Shown piece after piece: positions 14,401 to 26,500 of a stretch of DNA of 64,000 nt. This DNA comes from Catajapyx aquilonaris. Its lineage: Eukaryota. The notes below the pieces were generated by a model that saw nothing but the letters and a program-made list of their open reading frames with translations, was not told the origin of the DNA and made no database searches. Position 1 is the first letter of the stretch; each line of letters begins with the position of its first letter. A program made the translations under genes and the position numbers. Where the stretch lies: assembly GCA_000934665.2 (NCBI GenBank), contig KZ537958.1, positions 1 to 64,000 of the forward strand. The letters run 5' to 3'.

Positions 14401-15769
14401 TGAAAGATAAAACCTGGGATTTATTCCGGGTGAGGCTCGGCAAATTAATTGGGTCCCAACAATGCCCCGGTCCAAACAAAGTGCCTTGTGTCATGGCGAC
14501 ATTGATTTCGGTTCGACTCACGACTCGTTTTTAGACACAGACAAGTTGGCTCTGGCTTTTGCTCCATTTGAGATAGATGTCTATAGTAAACGACCTGAGG
14601 GAAAACTAGGGGTTCATGTCCCACCGAGGGCACCGCATTTAATTTAACTTCTGTAAAAGCCAGACCTCCCAACCGTACACGCTAATTAAGCTACTCACGT
14701 GTCACATTTGTTTTCCCTGCAGAGTTGAACGCAAACCGCATTGCTCTTTGTAATGAGTGTAAATTAACACCCACCTGACATCTTTTCCTTGTCCTAAGTT
14801 AATTGCGGCGTCACTAACTGCATGAATGCGTGACATAATTGCCCGTTTTTTTTGCGTAGACTGAGTAATGCGGTTTGGTTGTCGAGCATAATTATGGAAT
14901 TTTGCAAACGGGAAAGAAAAACAAACAACAAGTCTTAATTGGGGGCTGAGGATTCGTGGAGCGTGAAACTGCGTCGTTTCAATTAATGTAGGGGACTGGA
15001 GTTGATTTTAATTTATTTAAATATTAGATACGTATTTTAGCATAATTTAATGCTAGTCCATGTTGTTGTTGAACAGTGATTTAAATATGTGTCGTGCATG
15101 TGAATTACATGTGTGCACAACGCATGGACGATTCAAATGAAATTCAATATTTGCACTAGAAGCAGGTGAACCGATCAGATATTTGTCGAGCCCAGGACCT
15201 TCGCATTGTCGTCTAATGATGAACACACTGCACTGTCTGGAAAGACGAGGACGAATGCGGGTCATATAAAGCGCAAAACGTACAATGGGAGGAAAAAAAT
15301 GTAGTCAGTGGACTGAATATTTCATTTTCATGTAATCATGTCATCAACCAGTCTTTTGTCACTTCAAATGCAGCACACTGTACGTCTCCGTAACCAACAA
15401 AGGCGCATCCGGACATGCAGGCAGGACCGACTTTATGAAGTCAAATGTAAATTCGTGAAAATATTGCATGGTGTATGACTCCACATTAATTGTACCAAGA
15501 TTTAATCTTAACAATACTGCAAGGCTCGTACATCAAACGTGTCACTTCGTTAGCAAGTATTGCAGCAGGCTGTAATCGCAGTATCTTACATGTAATGAGA
15601 AGGATGAGTGTAATACCACGCGATTTGTGCGAGACTCATTTCTCCTGCCGCCCCATCTCGCGCAGGTGCAGGGGGGTTGTGCGAGGGGGTTGGAGGGGGG
15701 GCGGGGGGCGGTCCTGCTTGTGCCAAAAGGTAGTGGGGACAGGGAGCTTGTTGAGCTCGGGCAGATAGA

Positions 15770-15939
15770 GGCAGGGCGGCGGAGGAGGAGGAGGAGGGAG
15801 GAGGAGGTGGTGCAGGATTTGGCACAGGGATATTATATTAAGAGAGAGGCCCCAGCATACCCACGTGTGCCAGGAGTTGTGACTGGAGGACCACGAGGGG
15901 CTCACCCCGGGGCAAAGCGCCACCCCTCACCGCTGACAG
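15770..15939 (+). promoter_or_regulatory. Candidate non-coding upstream exon / promoter region of the Dscam gene (5' boundary approximate)
   Basis: GC-rich island with a (GGA)n tract at 15781-15807 and an AT-rich tattatattaa at 15831-15841. It ends in a strong donor, ACAG|gtatgt, at 15940. The leader exon at 30963 has an acceptor and needs an upstream donor. The link between them is inference. Confidence 0.35.
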
Positions 15940-16073
15940 GTATGTTTTTAGCTGTCAGATTGGTGCGGGGGAAGATTAAAACGTGGTGTCAAATGGGGCC
16001 GATTAGTAGAACCGGAATTAAGAGTAAGACGTTCAATGCAGGCTTGGACTAACTTCACTCGTGCATGCCCGAT

Positions 16074-16130
16074 ATTTAACTGACGGTTAAGAGTTAATGA
16101 TGATCCAATCGTTTTAACGGTCAGTTAAAT
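16074..16130. repeat. 17-bp inverted repeat (1 mismatch) with a 23-nt spacer
   Basis: atttaactgacggttaa (16074-16090) and ttaacggtcagttaaat (16114-16130). Confidence 0.8.
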
Positions 16131-19100
16131 GATACAGATGCCACATTAGTAACGTACCTAATTTATAAAAAATAAACACCGCCTCCTAATCTTTGTGTAA
16201 AGAAGGCAAATTACTACGGTCGTATGCATGTAAATGGATGGAAAATTCCGCAACAACAATAGAACATTTCCTTGTCACAAGGAGTAATTCCTCCTGATCA
16301 AAAGAGATGGACAGGACGATCGAAAGTTATTCATGGAATTTGCAGTACACGCTCCTTAATTTGCGTTCATACAACCGAGTAAAATGAGCGGTGTTGGTGC
16401 AAATAACGAGTTGAACTGTTGCAATGGGTCGACTAACTCGATTTTGATATTTGACACTGTAATTGACTTCAGTAAGAGAGTACAGTGGTTTTTTCGATTG
16501 ACGATACGCTTTGCGAAAGTTGTGCAGGTCGCATTACCCCTGTACGATATGTATAATAATGAGAGTGCATTACAGTCAACAGTGTCACCTTTTGAGGTCG
16601 CGTTTAGACAAATTTGCACTTTCTTTCAGGATGAACAAAAGACGCCTATTGATTCATTAGCCATAAGCGGTCACACCCATGATTAAGGAGCTGCACAAAC
16701 AGGCGGAAAACTTGGGAATCCCACAATCTAAGCAATCCAGCCTCCCTTTTCTCCCCATTGGGAAAACGCGTGCTAGTAATTTATTCCCCGCTAGCGGTAA
16801 AAAGTAAGTAACATTAATTCAAACGCTCGACAACAGCCCGAGAGCTGGAGATAAACCTGGCCGGTCGAGTTGATAGCCTTCCGGACCCAAAAGCAGCAGC
16901 AGAGTCTAGCGTAAATAAAATTGCCGAGCACGTTCCAAAGACCGATCGTAACTGTAATGTATTTGCTGCGAACATTTCGTGAAGAAGAAGCGAAGTGGCC
17001 ATGGAACTAGATTCTAGAAGGCGCGCTAAGAATGTGACACTGCCAGGTACGAATCGACTTAATTTGTCATATGATTTTCGACTCGAGGAAAAACCGTCTG
17101 TACGTGATGCTACTTTATGAAGCATTATACATATACGGCCGGTAATAATTTTAGAACCAACCCTCCCATAAAAGCTTGCAACTGCGAATTGGGCCGCACA
17201 GGGGCACCCAAATCGCCATCGATTATACGTTAAACAAGCTTGCCCGCTGAATACACCCAGGCGTTAACCTACATGGCCGGTTAACAATGCTCATTCACGT
17301 TAGGCCCAGTGCATTAGGGCTACATTAATACAAAACACATCGCTTCATAACTGTGGGGCGCGCCCACGATTGGACAGGATCATTAAAAAGTCGCGAGAAC
17401 CCCCCGGAATGAATGTGCGAGCAAGTTGTTTCTGTGCGGCGCGAACAAAGGCGACGGCGGTAAATCGTGGCTTCTGGTGGTGCTGGTGCAACTGAGAGAG
17501 GCTGTCGGGGTGTTTCTCCACTCAATTGTGGAGCCCATTTCCTTCCTCTGTTCTAAGCACCCAACCTTGCATTTGTACCAAGCTGCGCGATTAATCTTGC
17601 CTGACGGAAATTGCCTTTTGGAAGTCTCTTTCAGAGCCGATACCGCTCTTTCCAGCAAGTGTCTCACTGAGGAAAGGTTAAATATATTGCCCCCCTACAA
17701 TGCCCCAAAAAATGTTTTTAACACAAAAATTGGCTGAAGAAACCTTATATGACGAAAACATTGCCAATTCCGTGAAGCAATAGCGTTTCCGTCTCATCAC
17801 AGGGCAGATCAAAGTCCCTCTCTATTGTGGAACCTTAAAAGGACCAATTTCTAAGCGGCGAATTGCCCTTTAAAATACACTCGAGGGCGGAATTTTTTAT
17901 TACAATGCGACCCATTTCAGGTTCGATTCAGGGGCCTCGGAATCATTCCCCTGGAAACAATAGGAAGAAAATAAAATCTCGTCCATCTCCATCTAAGTGT
18001 TGGGGAAAGCAGACGGACTTTTATTGTTTCGGGAACACGCCATAAAACAAGGCGAAAGGGGAGGGATGTCGTAAAAAAAAGCAGAGGGTGGTTGGGTGGA
18101 GTTAAGGAGAAAAAAATAAAGAAGACAGGAATAAATGAAAAAAAAAAGATAGAGGAAGAGTCGCGAGTCTGCAGCACTCTCAAGTCCAAACAGGGATCCT
18201 AAATGATGCTCCCGATTCCACTTTTTGTCCCGTTTCGATTTGGGGGCGACACCCGTGGGACACTACTGTCACAGAATCCCAATACTCAGGACGGAGATGA
18301 CTCCAGAGCCGGGGAAACAAAAGGCCCACACTCGCCTCCCTCCAAAAAAACAGTGTTTTCCCCAGCTCACATACAGTATAAAATACGGTGTGCAAAAAGG
18401 TGGGGCAAAGTGTGTCCTAGGGAATTTAGGACAGGGGGACATCTCCTTTGAAATTCGGTCGCATCCCCAGCACTTTTATTCCCGCGGTACACACACTTTA
18501 TGAATGTTTAATACATGACGAGCGATTAAATTTTCAGGGTAGGAAGTGCTCTGTGGTGCTAGTGACTAGCGGGTACACTATCATCTCCTGTCTCTATACT
18601 TGCGACGGCCTTTTGGGAATTTTCGGGGAGCCACGGATACGCACCACTTGACTAAGAGAAGTTTACGGGGGGATTCTCCGTCTCGCCAGGGAGAGACAGG
18701 GGCCTAATGAGACAAGAGCAACATGGACCCCCCCTCCTCTTGTCTTTGTTTTTCTAAGGGAAAAGTTAACGGGGGCGAAAGTTTGCCCCCCCCAAACTGA
18801 ATAGGGAATAGGGACAGGTGGGCAGGCAGGAGGAAATATTTTGGGTAGTTTATCACGGTGACTGCATCGTAATTATGGAAGTTTTATGATAAAGTAGGTT
18901 GCCTTGTAATAATTATGTTATCAACTCCCGCTTGGTGTTGTTAGTGGGCAGTAATAATGCAAGGGAGACATGACAAGGGAAGTAAACTGTTCAGTTGCAC
19001 CACCTCCAGGAAAATTTTCTGGCGAAAAAGTGCCAAAAAAAGTTTCCTAAGACAGATAAATTGAACACATTTTTAGAAAAAAATTAGAATTTTCAGGCAA

Positions 19101-20871
19101 AAAAGAGCCAGAAAAGTTTGTCATATTTGCCTGGCGGCCGTGCAATTCAGCTTAACCTTATTTCAACATGGTTAATATTGCAAACTCAACCATGTTACAC
19201 TATATACGAGTATGTGCGCCACAATAATTCCTAGCCATTACAAATTCAAAAGATGCCAGCCGAGTCTTTTCCATGAGGAGTACAAAAGAATCATTTGTGA
19301 TGATTTACTGAACCTATCATCCCACGAATTTCCGTTTGCTCTCCCGCCGTTTTCCCCCCCAAGTGGGAATAAGAAATGTAATATTTAAGAAGCTTCCCCG
19401 TCGGCTCCGGGGCAGGGGTTCCCGGAAGTTCAAAGAGTTTCCAATAGCTCTAAGTGGCGCTAAGGCATCCGGAAGATTATGACCGGAGCCCCCTTCTTGG
19501 CATAACTCCCTGACGGCCCATTTGGGCAAATCCAACGAGCGAAAGTAATTCTATAAGCGATACTCTCCCAAACCCCTCAGCCAGGATTTCGACCAATTTT
19601 TTTGTGCTCTCAAAAAAATACGCTCATAGATTGCCCTAAAAATATATACGAATTTGTGCATAAAACAGTAGTAATGCTTGAAACCTGAATTTGTTGGCTA
19701 AAACTTGGCATAACTGCCCCGGAGCCCAGACTGTCTACATGGTACAACCTGTCTCGCTTAGATGGCGCACGCTCCCTCTGCCACTTTCATCAGACGGACA
19801 AATAAGCAGACGGAGAGAATAGGCCGATTATTTGATTTATTTACACAAATTCTCATATTTTAACAGATGGAAACAACTCGCAGACAATAATTACACCATT
19901 TTCGTGATTTCTTTTTTTGAACTTCAATTCATTTTGCTGTAATAACCAGATGGGAATGTATAGTACTGGACTGGTTAAAATTCGCATTTTTCTTCTTCTT
20001 CTTCTCTTTTGGGTAGTGGTCCTGGAGTCTCTCTGTGACAGTCTCCTATTGATCTCAGGAACATAACAGATTAGCCGTGAAGTCGGGGGCTCTTTGTGCT
20101 GGGGACAGGCAGAGTTGATCGCCGACAACCCATTCCTTGTTCCCCCTCTCCTACCCCCTCCCCCCTCCTTCTCTTCTTTTGCTGCGGATCGAGGCCTACC
20201 CGGAAAAGGAGGAATTGCCTCTGATAAGTTTGGACAATGCGCGGGGATGCTCCATAACTGCCTCCGTCCTCTAACTCCCCAGCCGCACAAGGACCCTCCC
20301 ATTCCTTTCAAAATTGCCTTCTCTGGGTACGGTTAGAAAGGTGGAAGATGCCGTCGAATGGAATATAAGAGAGTCTGGAAATTGAAGAAAAGGGACAAGG
20401 CGAGGTTTTTTTCGTCGGATTATAGTTTCTTAACGTCGTGATGCCGGGAGACGCATTGTTGTGACATTAATTGCATTTTATGGAGGAGCCGGAATGATGT
20501 AGAAAAATATTGGCAAAAATCTTAGTGCCCTATACAAAAACCAGGGTTTCAGTCAAGCTTAATTGGGGCCGATGTGCAGATCCGATGGGTTCATATTTTA
20601 GATGGGTATTCATCTGAAAATAAACCTAATGGATGTTGTCAGGTATGGTTTTTTTTGGGAGTCATGAATTTAATTACGTAATTGCAGGGCCGGTGGCTGC
20701 TGGGTACTCTTGTGCGTCATGATGTGTACTGTGTAGTTAATTTTCGACCAAACCAACACCGGTGGCATTATGGTAAAGACCGAATTCATTGGAAGCGGAT
20801 TTGCTGATGCAGTGCGATCATGTCCCATGTCAACCGGCACACTATTCCTGACTGAATTGGGTCAAAAAAGA

Positions 20872-20891
20872 AGAGAGAGAGAGAGAGAGAG
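20872..20891. repeat. (AG)10 microsatellite
   Basis: Direct reading. Shorter GA/CT tracts occur near 29187-29200 and 30647-30660. Confidence 0.9.
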
Positions 20892-22439
20892 GTCCACCTA
20901 TCCCCACAGACCACAGTCCTACAGGATGTACCACAAGTATTTTCTCATTTTCCCTCCCGCGGAAAATGCCCTGAAATCGCGCACCCATCCAAACGTGTGG
21001 CGCTGCAAAATTGATTAAGTGTAACTTCCGAAGTAATTACCAACTGCTCCAATTAAATAACCAATACGCCACAGATAAACATTCGGCTGCATTAATGCAT
21101 TGTATTTATGTATGCCAACAAATTAATTGATATGTTGATAGAGCAACAGTTGCTCTCCGCAGAGTAACACATGGGGATTTCAAATGTCACCAAACTTACT
21201 ATGTTACTATTATACACTAAAATTAATTTAATTAAATTATAATTTTGTCGACATACTTTTTTCCACCTTGTAAGCCTTTCAGGTGTAATTTGACAGCAAG
21301 AGGATGAGTAAGTAAAAGAAGGGTCCTGGCGCATTGGCTCCAGGGGAGACAACATTGTTACATAGTAATCAGGGTAATGCCAGGCCAGGGAGGCAACTGA
21401 TGAGCTGTAAGGCGTAATCTCGTCACGCACTCGGATCTGCCTCACACCCACTTCATCTCCTAGGGGCCCACTCACAAAGATTCATTCTCTGATGTGTTCC
21501 GGATCCGAGTATAAAAACCCAACTTATATTACGACGCCCTGGTCTTAAGTCCTGCAACACCACCTGATTGTGAATGAACCTTTTTTTTTTGACAAAAAGC
21601 ATATTGGTTAAAGACTGGATGTAATTTATTCTGTGTCGCTTCTTCTCTTTTTCCAACCTCCCCCAAAACCCGGAGTTGAACGTATTGAAAATCGTTAGGA
21701 CACCAACTCTGGGAGGATAATTCGTTCACGGCACGCGCTTGGCTAATGATGTGACTTCAAACAATCCTCAATGCAGCGGCTGTGATTGCGCAAATTGTCA
21801 ATGCGGCGCTATTCATGTATTTTTTAAAAACTTTTTTTTGGTGGAGTTTCCGGGGGGGCCATCGTCGCCTGATATTATGTGGGGGGAAATGCCTAGGGGA
21901 ATGTACAATGCGGAGGACTGTTCCCATGAGGAAGAAGAAAGGTCAAACTGCTGTGAGCTGGGGATAAATAAGTTATAGGCAAATATTTTTTAGCTGAGTG
22001 GTTCAGTATAATGGGATGGCAAACAAGGTGGGTTTTTTTTAAAAAAAACTGATGTTGAAGGTGCGTGATCTGAATTGTGTTGGTAGGGTACTGTCCTCTC
22101 TTTGCAATTTGAACGCATGTGCTGATCAAAGTTTTAATAAGCCAGAGCTTTGCTTCATTTATGTTATTATCGCTTTGATACTCCCCCGCTATACAAATAG
22201 GGATGAAATTATTGGGAGTGCAAGTAATTAACTGCATGTTATAATTGGAAGTAAAATTTGTAAGCTGTACGTTCTGATAATGATGCACTGCACTGAGTCG
22301 TAAAACGCTGAAACAGGTTCCAACAAGGAAAAATCGAGTTATACTCCGATGCTGCATTTCATTTTTTTTCTTTTCGTAGAACCGGGCCTAAATTTTAATC
22401 CATCATTATGGGGTCATATTTGCCTCAGGGAACTTAACC

Positions 22440-22760
22440 GCACGGGGGTGAAAATGCTGGTTGAGCGTCTGCATCACTGATTCGGTTTCGCATATTCGCT
22501 CTAACATATTGGCATTGCAATATGGCAAATGGAATTTCAATGCCCCGAAATAACTTGGTTAGCAATCGTATGTGTGTGGTAGCCTCTGGGAAACAAGTGA
22601 GAAAATAGATTTGGTCAATTACTTCAAATAAGGAAAGCACTGGAACAGTATGAAGCATCGTTGGGGATATCAATTAAATTGAAATTAAATGGAATCATTG
22701 ATATTATATTTTCAGAAATGATTGCATCGACATAAAATGCTGAAAATATCGACAATTTGA
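22440..22760 (-). mobile_element. Possible hAT (Charlie/Buster-like) C-terminal dimerisation-domain relic
   Basis: Minus strand gives IPFNFNLIDIPND then FPEATTHIRLLTKLFRGIEIPFAIL...YVRANMRNRISDAD. This resembles NPF...P, then FPxLxxxAxxxLxxFxSTYxCExxFS...KxxxRxRLTD. Confidence 0.3.
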
Positions 22761-23554
22761 CATTTAGAGTAGGACTTTTCAATGTCTCATGTCTTAATTG
22801 CAATTTTATTAGTCGTTGACACGCCGATAAGAAAACGAGCTGCACAGTTAATAATGAGCAAATGACTTCCCATTTGGGGTCGCCAAGGGTTTCGGGAGGT
22901 CCAAAAAGTCGAGACGACTTCCCATCGAAGTCTCATGTGACTTGCGAGAAGGCCGAAGCAATCTCCTGTTCGTTCGAGGGGGTCTCATCGATCCTTTCCG
23001 ATGACTCCATTTCGTTTCTGTCACCCAGGGCTTCAGAAAGAGCCATCGGCATCAAGCAACTCACCGCTCACCGAATTTGATTCCCATCTTTCTTTCTCGA
23101 GGAACATTAGAACCACGACGTTCCAGATTCACGAATTGAAGAGACCGCTTTATTGGACTGGGAGACATCAATAGGTGTACAGTGCCCTGGGCCTACCTCA
23201 TTTTTGCACCGATTGCTCCGGGAGGAAATGTTGGCGGAGTAAAAAAAAAGAAAAAGTGAAGGATTATTGCATCTGTCGAATTACAGAAGGTTTTTCCAGA
23301 TTGAACGTTTCTTCACAGTAAACCTTAGGTACTGTACGACTTTCAGCAATCAGCACACTCATTCTCCTGTAAAATTGTGCCAAATTATTACAACCACAAT
23401 ATGACTGAATAAAATCCTTCATGATGTGCTGAATTTATTTACTAGGCTTAGTACATACAAATTTATGCACTGTTTTTAGTGAGAGGGAAATGGACATTCA
23501 CTCTGCATAATTTTATTTACTTCGTACTGATGCATAAAAATGTCATATTCCATT

Positions 23555-23593
23555 TTTATTTCGCTAAATGCGCACCTAATGCATAAAAGTATG
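23555..23593 (+). repeat. Short AT-rich dispersed repeat, second copy at about 31306-31340
   Basis: tttatttcgctaaatgcgcacctaatgcataaaagtatg versus tttattcactaaatgcgcataatgcataaaatatg. Both sit in AT-rich tracts with many tgcat words. Confidence 0.55.
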
Positions 23594-26500
23594 AACCACG
23601 ACTCATAATTACATACACTGCTGCCTACTGCATTGTGTGCATGAAATTAGTTAGAATAACGGGCAATTTAATGGCCCGATGCACATGTTTATGAATTTTT
23701 AAAATTGAAGTCTAATTGAGTCATTATTTATTTTTAGCATAAAGGTTTCTAATTACTATAAATATTTCCCGCGCCATGTTGGATTCGCGCATCTCTCCTC
23801 CGGCCGCGGCCGCGAGAACAACGCCATACTTTTCCCAAGCAAGGAACAGATAAGGGAATTAAGTGCGGAAACAGTTGGGTCATGATGTCCTCCTCTCCAA
23901 TCCGCCACTGGTATAAAGCGCTCCGGTCGCATCGTTAAAGCATGATTAAAATGCTAGGTAGCGCCATTCGCATGCAAATGGCCATCCCTTGTACCCCTTT
24001 TTTGGGAGGTGAGTCTGGGGAATTGCGATCATCATAGATCTCTGTGTCTGATCTCTCCTCGCTTTTGGGATCCACCGAACAGGGTTTACACTGCGGAACG
24101 TTGCCTTCACTTGATAGCCACTGCGTCAGCACAGTTTTCCTCAACTTGACTGCCGCAATTACCGGCTCTGTACATGCCTTGCAAAAAGTACATTTTGTGT
24201 GATCAATTGGACGTGAGCTTTATACACACGACTTTATATACGAGGTTATAAATCTCATGGCGACTATGCTTGCTATAAAAATTGCAGCATTGTGCAAATG
24301 AAGGTGGTCCAGTATTAATAAGGTGAAGCGCCGAGGGGCTCGTAGGTGTTAACCAGTTACCGCAACATGTACATTAACCGCAGGCAGTTAGGTAGAAACG
24401 TGCGCTCTTTTTTTTTTTTCAAAAAGTGGTGGAGAGGGTGATAAATAATTTATGATAAGCTACTTATTGGGGCTGAATAATACGCTCAAATTATTCTGCG
24501 ATGATTTTACAATGCAAATTACGCTGCGGCAGTGCATGGCTCCTGCTCCTATCTGGAATGCTGGGCTGCCACAATATAATAAAAGACATACGCATGTACA
24601 TATCTATTTCTGCTGTCCCGCCATTGATGTGGTATATCCAATTTGAATATTATGATCGGTCAACGTGGCAATCTGTGCCTGCTAATTTCAGGGCTAATAA
24701 CAATATTCCGGGGGGTACATGCAGTAAATATCGAGCCTGAAGCCTATAAAAGCGACGCTTAGGAGAGACCCAGAGTTGGAGCAGTGCCCGAGTTGGGTTC
24801 GCTATCGACAGATAGTCTCTTCTTGGAAGCTTTAGGCACACGTCGCTGGTCTCGCCATTTATATGCAAATGCGCCATTCAACGGCGGTAGGCTTTGTGGC
24901 GTTGTGATTAGCCTACCTGCCTTTCGAATGTGCCCCTTTCAGGATGGCGGGAGAAAAGCAGGCCATCCCCCAATGTGAATTAAGTTTCCCTAGGAGCAAG
25001 GAAAGCAAGTGTGAAATTCTGGTTTTCACTACTCTGGTCCTGATTCTGACGGAGAGCTCTTGGTGCAAATTAATTCGGACGATGTATTCGATTTCAGCCA
25101 ACCAAGAGATGCAGGTGTTATTGACCAACTGGAGATGCGGGTAGCTGGTTTTTATTCTTAGCAAACACCGCGGGTTTAAGAGGAAATTAAATTTTCATGC
25201 TATAGTGTGGCATCTTATGCAGAATTTAATGGCGGTTCGTTCCCTCTCTTTTTCGCTAAAATCCAGGAAGGAATGGTTTTGCACACGGACAGTATTAGTA
25301 ATTAATCAAGCCTGCTTCTGGAGCCTGGTGAGGATTACCTGGTTCTACGGGTACTTACTGTCATGAGCTGGATTAGTTAACGGTTGGGCTATTTTCCACC
25401 AGCACACGTTTGTCATTAATAGGAACAAAAAGCCAAGCAGTAGTAGGGCTTGTTCAAAAACTTCAAAGAGAAACTGTTGAAGAGGCCGATTGTAAAATCA
25501 CTCAAGTCCAGTTTTGAATTACGCTACTTGGGTATCTGGTATAGTATTTATGGGCTCTATACAGTCACTTTTCTCTGCTCTTTGATACATCAAAACTCTG
25601 TAATGGCCCATTCACACGGCCACTTTTCCCCCAAGTGTGCTTCAGAAGGGTCCTTTTAGCAATTAAATAACAATTATTAACAAACTTCTGAAACCAGTTT
25701 GGGAAAAATATGCGGCCCACTGAAAAAGTACAGTAAATTTCAGGCCGATTTTTTCCCCAAAGTTTTGTATATGGCCTATTGTTAAGGCAGGTTTTTTTTG
25801 TTCCTGGGAACTTAACAGTAACTTATGAACCTGCATTCAAAGTCGGTCATGCTGTAAATCAAATAAATAGATCCCTAGGTACTCATGCCGTACAGTATTC
25901 ACTTTACTTCAAATGCAGGCCTGCATGCGGCTACAACCCTCGTCAAAGTGCCAAGCTTGGTGCCAAGCATGTCTCACACTTCTCAACTTGAAAAACATCC
26001 CCAACAAAGGGGCTTCACGAGGGAAAGTTTTTGCATCCAACCCGGTCATAATGATCATGAAAGGTGTTCCGAGGAGCCACTCTCACATACCTCTAATTTG
26101 CCAAAAAGAGCTGGAGGCCCCCTTTGGTGGGTTTATCTGAGGCGCAGTTTTCGGACTTGGCAGCATTGTTGGGAGAGAGAAGCGTCAGATGTTTGGGATG
26201 AAAGACCGGACTTGAGCTTGGCTTGTTTAGCGGAACGAGCTGCGGAAAAGCAGCTAAACCCGGCAGGCAAGCGAGCGCTATCTCTCCCATTTGGAAGGCC
26301 GTAATTCCGACATCTCCATTGTGAGAAAGGTAATAATATTTTTGGACGCTACAATCCTCCCTATATACGCCTCTTGCAAACCCAGGCGCCTGACACATTT
26401 TAGGACCCGGGACTAAATATATGACGTCATTAATAACCAGTCCTCCTTCCACCAATGGAAAAGGTCGGATTTAAGCTTGGTAGACGCAAACGGACGCTTG

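Noticed and set aside
15627..16052. 141-aa Gly/Arg/Glu-rich ORF
   Set aside because: Starts at GTG, owes its low complexity to the GGA tract and runs through a splice donor. Treated as non-coding.
21283..21307. Possible 25-nt micro-exon (ctttcAG ... GA|gtaagt)
   Set aside because: Such site pairs arise by chance in 64 kb, and there is no coding or other support.
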